Below, piece after piece: positions 58,967 through 64,000 of a DNA stretch of 64,000 nt. Below the pieces are notes generated by a model that was not told the DNA's origin, searched no databases, and saw only the letters and a program-made list of their open reading frames with translations. Source of the stretch: Candidatus Sericytochromatia bacterium (lineage in GTDB: Bacteria > Cyanobacteriota > Sericytochromatia > UBA7694 > JACMQJ01); NCBI GenBank assembly GCA_046328075.1, contig JAXLXG010000016.1:55196-119195 (forward strand), written 5' to 3'. Both the position numbers and the translations under genes were made by a program. The stretch's first letter is position 1, and each line of letters begins with the position of its first letter.

Positions 58967-60694
58967 CTATATTTTTTTATCTATATCAACAATTTTCATT
59001 TCATTTTGAATTAGTGGATGTATTTGTTGACCTTTTACATAAGGTTGAACTATTTTATATTGAACTTCATTCTCTAAAAATATCCAAGGAGCATCGTCAA
59101 TAATAATTCTTTCTGCTTCATTATATAGTTTTTCTCTTTTTGACCAATCTGTTGTACTTCTTGCATCCTCTAAAAGTTTATCTACTACAGGGTTAGAGTA
59201 TCTTGTTGAATTATCTTGTCCAATATTTTTTGAGCTAAATAATGTCCATAAAAAATTATCTGGATCTGGAAAATCAGCAGACCATCCAAATCTAAAGAAT
59301 ATAGCCTCATTTTTTCTTACTTTTTCAATATATGAAGCCCATTGTAAAGATCTTACATCAACATCAATACCAACATCTCTTAAATCAGCTTGAACAGATG
59401 AACAAAGAGCAGCTAAGATTTCTCTTTGATTATGCCAAAGTGTTACTGTAAATTTTTGACCATTCTTATCTAAGAAACCATCATTATCTGTATCTTTCCA
59501 ACCAGCTTCTGCAAATAATTCTCTTGCTTTATCTGGGTCATAAGGATATGGAACTTCATTCTTTTCATTAAAACCAGGGAAGCCTGGAGGTAAAACACCT
59601 CTTGCAATTCCTCTTTTACCGTTATAAACCCTATCAACTATTTTCTGTTTATCTACAGAGTAATTAAAAGCTTTTCTAACCCTTTTGTCCTTAAATAACT
59701 CTGCTTCAACATTCATACCAAGATATTCAGTTACAAGAGCAGGTTTTTTCATTATTAAACTTTTTGAAAGATCTTCTAATTCTGGAATTTCACGTATTTT
59801 TTCTCCACCTAGAGGATTCCATCTTGGATCATTAATAATAGATTCAAATCTAGCAGCAGGTAAACTTGTATTATCAACAAAATCTAATTGATCATTTTCA
59901 AATCTACCTAGTCTTATAATGTCACTTGGAATAATCTCATACTCTAAAACATCTAAATAAGGTAAACCTTTTTCATAAAAATTAGGGTTTTTTACTAAAG
60001 TAACTTTTTTACCTCTTTTCCATTCTTTAAACATAAAAGGTCCAGTTCCAACAGGGTGAGTATTAAAATCTTTCCCCCATTTATCAACTTCTTCTTTTGG
60101 TACCACATAGTAATAAGTCATTGAAAGAACGTGTAAAACAAAAGGTATAAGTTTTTGTAATTGAAGCTGTACTTTATATTTATCTAAAACTTTAATTCCT
60201 TCAATACTTGCATCTTGTTTATTATTTTTTGCATCTTCTTGGAATTTTTCTAATCCAACTAATGGTAATGCTCCTAAAGTCCATAGACCCTTTGAAGCAT
60301 TTTTGGGATTAGCTAATCTTTCAATAGAGTACTTAACATCTTTGGCTTCAAATTCTCTACCATTATGAAACTTAACACCTTTTCTTAAATTAAAAGTATA
60401 AGTTTTACCATCTGGTGAAACTTCCCAATTTTCTGCAAGTGCAGGGACTATATCAATTAATTTTTGATTTGGTCCTGTTATATGAGAACGATATTCAACT
60501 AAGCCATTATATATATTATGTGCTACATCATGAGATGTTGTGTCACCTACATTTATTGAATCCAGAGATGGAACATCACTTTCAAATGCAGATCTAAAAA
60601 CTTTACCTTGATTTTCATCTCTTGTCTTACAAGAAACAGTGCTAAAAGTTAGTAATAATGAAAGACTAATAAGAGCTATTTTTTTTATTTTCAT
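58967..60694 (-). CDS. ABC transporter substrate-binding lipoprotein, family 5 (oligopeptide/dipeptide/nickel type)
   Basis: Lipoprotein signal LLLTFSTVSC. 575 aa with SBP_bac_5-like conserved blocks. No cognate permease or ATPase in the window. Confidence 0.8.
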   Translation of the reverse strand: MKIKKIALISLSLLLTFSTVSCKTRDENQGKVFRSAFESDVPSLDSINVGDTTSHDVAHNIYNGLVEYRSHITGPNQKLIDIVPALAENWEVSPDGKTYTFNLRKGVKFHNGREFEAKDVKYSIERLANPKNASKGLWTLGALPLVGLEKFQEDAKNNKQDASIEGIKVLDKYKVQLQLQKLIPFVLHVLSMTYYYVVPKEEVDKWGKDFNTHPVGTGPFMFKEWKRGKKVTLVKNPNFYEKGLPYLDVLEYEIIPSDIIRLGRFENDQLDFVDNTSLPAARFESIINDPRWNPLGGEKIREIPELEDLSKSLIMKKPALVTEYLGMNVEAELFKDKRVRKAFNYSVDKQKIVDRVYNGKRGIARGVLPPGFPGFNEKNEVPYPYDPDKARELFAEAGWKDTDNDGFLDKNGQKFTVTLWHNQREILAALCSSVQADLRDVGIDVDVRSLQWASYIEKVRKNEAIFFRFGWSADFPDPDNFLWTLFSSKNIGQDNSTRYSNPVVDKLLEDARSTTDWSKREKLYNEAERIIIDDAPWIFLENEVQYKIVQPYVKGQQIHPLIQNEMKIVDIDKKI

Positions 60695-60852
60695 ATTTTC
60701 CTGCGACTAGAATGAATCAACTATATTGACTACATTTTAGCATATAGGAGCATATAGGAAAGAACTTAAAAGATTTTTTTGAAAAAAATTTTGTGATCTA
60801 GGATATAAAAAGTATTGATTCTGTTAATTTTTTGTGATATTATAAATTCATT

Positions 60853-60910
60853 GGATCGAAGTTCTCTGATAAGCAAATTGCTCGAGATTTCGATCCTTTT
60901 TCGTTTTTTA
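60853..60910 (+). terminator. Orphan rho-independent terminator-like hairpin with T-run (possible 3' end of an sRNA)
   Basis: GGATCGAA...TTCGATCC, an 8-bp stem, followed by TTTTTCGTTTTTT. No + strand gene lies upstream. Confidence 0.35.
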
Positions 60911-61102
60911 ATTGTGGCTTTCTTCAGCAATTATTTCTTGTATAGAAGTTACAATTGCTTTATTATTTGACATTTCCATATTTGATTGAGCAGAGCCTTC
61001 AAGTATCTTTTTAGCTCTCTTTGCTACTGCATGAACCAACACATATCTATTATCAGCTTTTGCCATTATTTCACTAAGTTTATTAGTTGTTCTTCTTTGC
61101 AA
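60908..61102 (-). CDS. rpoZ: DNA-directed RNA polymerase subunit omega
   Basis: 64 aa. NRYVLVHAVAKRAKKI core motif. Immediately downstream of gmk. Confidence 0.85.
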   Translation of the reverse strand: MQRRTTNKLSEIMAKADNRYVLVHAVAKRAKKILEGSAQSNMEMSNNKAIVTSIQEIIAEESHN

Positions 61103-61104
61103 AA

Positions 61105-61746
61105 TTATCCATCCTTAAGATTTCTTTTAATACTACAATGCTCAGCTATTATTACAGATCTAACATATTCAACTGAGACATTAATTTCATCATTAACTAT
61201 AACATAATCATATTCTGATATATATTCGAATTCACGATTCGCAACAGCTAATCTATTGTGAATCGCCTCTGCATCTTCTGTATTTCTTTCTTTAAGTCTT
61301 CTCTCTAGTTCCTGAAATGTAGGAGGAAGTATAAATATAAAAATCCCACCTTTCCATTTACGCTTTATTTGTAAAGCTCCTTGTACATCAATTTCTAAAA
61401 TAACATCTCTACCTTTAGAAATCTGTTCTTCAACATATTTTCTAGGTGTTCCATATAATTTACCATCAAAAATACAAGCATATTCAATAAGCATATCTTT
61501 TTCGATAAGCTCACTAAAATCCTCTATAGATTTAAAAAAATAATCAGAACCATCAATTTCTGTAGGACGTGGTTTACGAGTAGTAACAGAAACAGACTTT
61601 ACTAAGCAATCAGGGTCTTGTTTGATTAGTTCTCTAACTATAGTTCCTTTACCAACTCCAGAAGGTCCAGAAACTACAATTAACATTCCTTTTTTAGGAG
61701 CTAGTTTCCAATTATTATTGTATTTACCCAGATTTTTTAATAACAT
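61105..61746 (-). CDS. gmk: Guanylate kinase
   Basis: P-loop GPSGVGKGT and guanylate kinase signature. 213 aa. Confidence 0.9.
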   Translation of the reverse strand: MLLKNLGKYNNNWKLAPKKGMLIVVSGPSGVGKGTIVRELIKQDPDCLVKSVSVTTRKPRPTEIDGSDYFFKSIEDFSELIEKDMLIEYACIFDGKLYGTPRKYVEEQISKGRDVILEIDVQGALQIKRKWKGGIFIFILPPTFQELERRLKERNTEDAEAIHNRLAVANREFEYISEYDYVIVNDEINVSVEYVRSVIIAEHCSIKRNLKDG

Positions 61747-61757
61747 TACTCAATAAC

Positions 61758-62063
61758 CTATTTACGATCTTCGTCTTCCATTAAATCTTCTGAAAGATCT
61801 ACTTTTGAACCAGATACTCTATTTACTATTGTTTCAGGTTGAAGAGAGGATAGATAAACTCTACTTGTATCAGTTATAATAACAGCCCTAGCTTTTCTAC
61901 CATTTGTATAATCAGTAATAGATTTATCATTTTTACTCTTTTCTTCTTTTGCTTTTTGAACCAATCTTTTAATTGGAGAAGAATCAGGGCTAACTATTGC
62001 TATTACTTCCTGAGATGGAATAATATTTCCAAAACCTACATTTAATAATCTTAATTGTTTCAT
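61758..62063 (-). CDS. remA: DUF370 / RemA-like protein
   Basis: 101 aa. LLNVGFGNIIP...RAVIITDTSRVYLSSLQPETIVNR matches DUF370. Conserved remA-gmk-rpoZ order. Confidence 0.75.
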   Translation of the reverse strand: MKQLRLLNVGFGNIIPSQEVIAIVSPDSSPIKRLVQKAKEEKSKNDKSITDYTNGRKARAVIITDTSRVYLSSLQPETIVNRVSGSKVDLSEDLMEDEDRK

Positions 62064-62188
62064 TTTTAATATGTTCCTCCACTTGTTACTGTATAAGCCT
62101 GATTATTCCTTATTAATAAATCAGATTTATCATCATAACCTAATAAATAATATTTTGTTGTACTTTACAAACTTATATAACTCTACCT

Positions 62189-62578
62189 CTATATAAACTT
62201 TTTATTAGAAGCAAAATCTGAATCACTAGGGTCTTTAAAATCTATTGCCCATATATTAGATGAACCAATCATTGCACTTTGCTGTGTATATGGATTAGTC
62301 ACGGATTTATTATACTTTTTACCATTTGCTTCAGTTGCTAATTCGGATAAATTTAAAGGATAAACTTGCCAATCTACATTATAGGTTTCAAGCATAATTT
62401 GTAATGTTCTAATATTTGTCACTAAAGATGCTTCTAATGCTCTTTTTTTAGCTGAAACAACATAATTTGAAACACCAATACCAACAAGAATCCCGATTAT
62501 TACAACAGCAGTCATTAACTCTATAAGAGTCATACCACTATTATGCTTTTTGGCTATGTACTTCATATTCCTCATCAA
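62189..62578 (-). CDS. Prepilin-type N-terminal cleavage/methylation-domain protein (type IV pilin or pseudopilin); true start probably an internal Met
   Basis: KKHNSGMTLIELMTAVVIIGILVGI is the class III signal/N-methylation motif (G|MTLIE). Overlaps the rsfS 3' end in another frame. Confidence 0.7.
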   Translation of the reverse strand: MMRNMKYIAKKHNSGMTLIELMTAVVIIGILVGIGVSNYVVSAKKRALEASLVTNIRTLQIMLETYNVDWQVYPLNLSELATEANGKKYNKSVTNPYTQQSAMIGSSNIWAIDFKDPSDSDFASNKKFI

Positions 62579-62909
62579 AATAAATTACTTTTCCATTATT
62601 CCAAAGTTTTTCAAGTGTATAGAAGTTTCTAACTGACTCTAACATAATATGGACTATTATATTTCCCAAATCTATTAAAACCCATTCTCCTGCACTTTTA
62701 CCATCTATGTTATATATTTTATAACCTTCTTCTTTAGCTTTTTCTAATATACTATTTGCAATACCTTGTATATGAGTTGTAGCTGCCCCTGTGCAAATCA
62801 TCATATAATCAGACATTAATGATACATCACTTATATCAATAACTACTGTTTTTATTGCTTTTTTATCAAGTGCTGCTTCTAAAACTAAATTACATAATTT
62901 GTCTTCCAA
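62541..62909 (-). CDS. rsfS: Ribosome silencing factor RsfS (Iojap family)
   Basis: 122 aa with the conserved SDYMMICTG..T.H..GIA core. Confidence 0.85.
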   Translation of the reverse strand: MEDKLCNLVLEAALDKKAIKTVVIDISDVSLMSDYMMICTGAATTHIQGIANSILEKAKEEGYKIYNIDGKSAGEWVLIDLGNIIVHIMLESVRNFYTLEKLWNNGKVIYFDEEYEVHSQKA

Positions 62910-62972
62910 TAAATTATCCCCTTAAAAATTATTTTCAAACTAAATAATATTATATTTTACATTATTTATTAA

Positions 62973-63563
62973 CTATATTTTATTTTCAGGTTTTAAACTT
63001 AAAATCATTTTATTTCTTGAATTAACTATCTGATTATTAATTAATTTACCTTCTTCAATAAAACCTTTTAAAAGTAAATCAAATGTCATCATTACAGATT
63101 TATCAATATCTTTAGTTGCAACTTCTTTTATTTCATTTACTTCATTAATATATTTACTATCAAATTTATAAATCTTACTTGCTACAAATAATATTTTTGT
63201 AAAAATTGTCATTTCATTTGCACCATAATTATGATGTTTTATAGAAGTTAATATCTCATTATCTTCAACAGCAAAAATTTCTTTAGCCAAATTAGAGCCT
63301 ATTATTCCATGTAAAATTTCTATTGGAGAGGTTAAAACCATTTCTGTTATAGGTATGTCAAAATCTTCTGCTTTGGATATTAGCTCATCAGAATTGTATA
63401 TTTTACCACATTCATGTAAAATACCTGCAACAGCTAATCTATCAGGATCACAGTCATGATATCTAGCAAGGTTATAACATAAGTCTCTAACCTTTAATGC
63501 ATTCTCAAAAATATCCTCAGGAAGCATATCCTTTAGCTTTAACTCAATTTGTTCAATGTGCAT
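62973..63563 (-). CDS. yqeK: HD-domain protein YqeK (putative bis(5'-nucleosyl)-tetraphosphatase)
   Basis: HD motifs (ILHECGK, HH) and position between nadD and rsfS. Confidence 0.75.
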   Translation of the reverse strand: MHIEQIELKLKDMLPEDIFENALKVRDLCYNLARYHDCDPDRLAVAGILHECGKIYNSDELISKAEDFDIPITEMVLTSPIEILHGIIGSNLAKEIFAVEDNEILTSIKHHNYGANEMTIFTKILFVASKIYKFDSKYINEVNEIKEVATKDIDKSVMMTFDLLLKGFIEEGKLINNQIVNSRNKMILSLKPENKI

Positions 63564-63636
63564 ATTAAATAAACCTTTAAGAGCTAAAAAATGATTAACA
63601 AATAATATTCCTATTATTTTAAAATAATAATGCTAT

Positions 63637-64000
63637 TTAGTATAAGTTTTCTTCATAAATATACTTAATTACTTTTTCAGGAAGCATATATTTTATTGAC
63701 TTATTATTAGAAATATTATTTCTAATTATTGTAGATGAAATTTCTAGCATAGGAAAATCAATTAAAATAAAGTTATCTAGACTTGATTTTAATTGATTTA
63801 CTATCCAATTTTTTAAAAAATCTTGTGTATTTTGACTATCTGGAATATTTTCTAAGACTCTTGGTAAAACTACTATTTTACACATTTTAATTAATTCTTC
63901 GTATCTATACCATTTATTTAAATTAACTAAAGAATCAGCCCCTATTATAAAATAAAGTTCATCTTTATATTCTTTTTTTAATTCTGTAATAGTATCATAT
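63637..64000 (-). CDS. nadD: Nicotinate-nucleotide adenylyltransferase, 5' end outside the window
   Basis: C-terminal ISSTIIR...YMLPEKVIKYI motif. The minus-strand reading frame continues upstream to the window edge (..ELYFIIGADSLVNLNKWYRYEELIKMCKIVVL..), so the track Met is internal. Confidence 0.85.
   Translation of the reverse strand, partial: YDTITELKKEYKDELYFIIGADSLVNLNKWYRYEELIKMCKIVVLPRVLENIPDSQNTQDFLKNWIVNQLKSSLDNFILIDFPMLEISSTIIRNNISNNKSIKYMLPEKVIKYIYEENLY

Overview
This is an AT-rich chromosomal window (about 25-30% GC by eye) from a low-GC bacterium. Coding density is high and most stops are TAA. Housekeeping genes include cysS, dtd, gmk, rpoZ, a remA-like DUF370 gene, rsfS, yqeK, nadD, a pseudouridine synthase, hutU and an Opp-family binding protein. 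The gene orders remA-gmk-rpoZ and nadD-yqeK-rsfS resemble those of Firmicutes. Envelope and host-interaction genes include a Wza-like exporter with SLBB repeats, a 1773-aa repetitive protein next to a secreted LRR protein, a patatin-like phospholipase, a flotillin, a prepilin-type pilin, a CsoR-like repressor with an ABC-2 exporter and an MMPL transporter, and a REC plus PP2C pair. Several genes look decayed or frameshifted (korAB, a hybrid histidine kinase, an epimerase, a remnant near cysS), which fits a host-associated genome under reduction. Assembly errors in homopolymers cannot be excluded.

The most unusual region is a roughly 12-kb segment at 44.3-56.1 kb with noticeably higher GC. It encodes only Thr/Gly/Ala/Asn-rich proteins that almost entirely lack cysteine and have no signal peptides. 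It contains an intact 1035-aa protein (50683..53790) and, directly upstream, a roughly 5-kb decayed tandem paralog. The paralog keeps intact N-terminal (100 aa) and C-terminal (84 aa) ends but its middle is full of stops and frameshifts. Small Cys-free proteins, an acidic protein and a TPR protein flank the pair. I cannot assign this module to a known family. Candidates are a type-I-secreted S-layer or surface-array system with variant paralogs, or a virus-like or particle assembly module.

Other points worth a second look are a polyprenyl-synthase/HExxH fusion protein, a glycine-zipper Gly-rich protein, a GC-rich structured leader upstream of the flotillin gene, an orphan terminator that may mark an sRNA, and an operon of a double-AAA+ ATPase with a coiled-coil protein. 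No rRNA, tRNA, CRISPR array, transposase or integrase was recognised.
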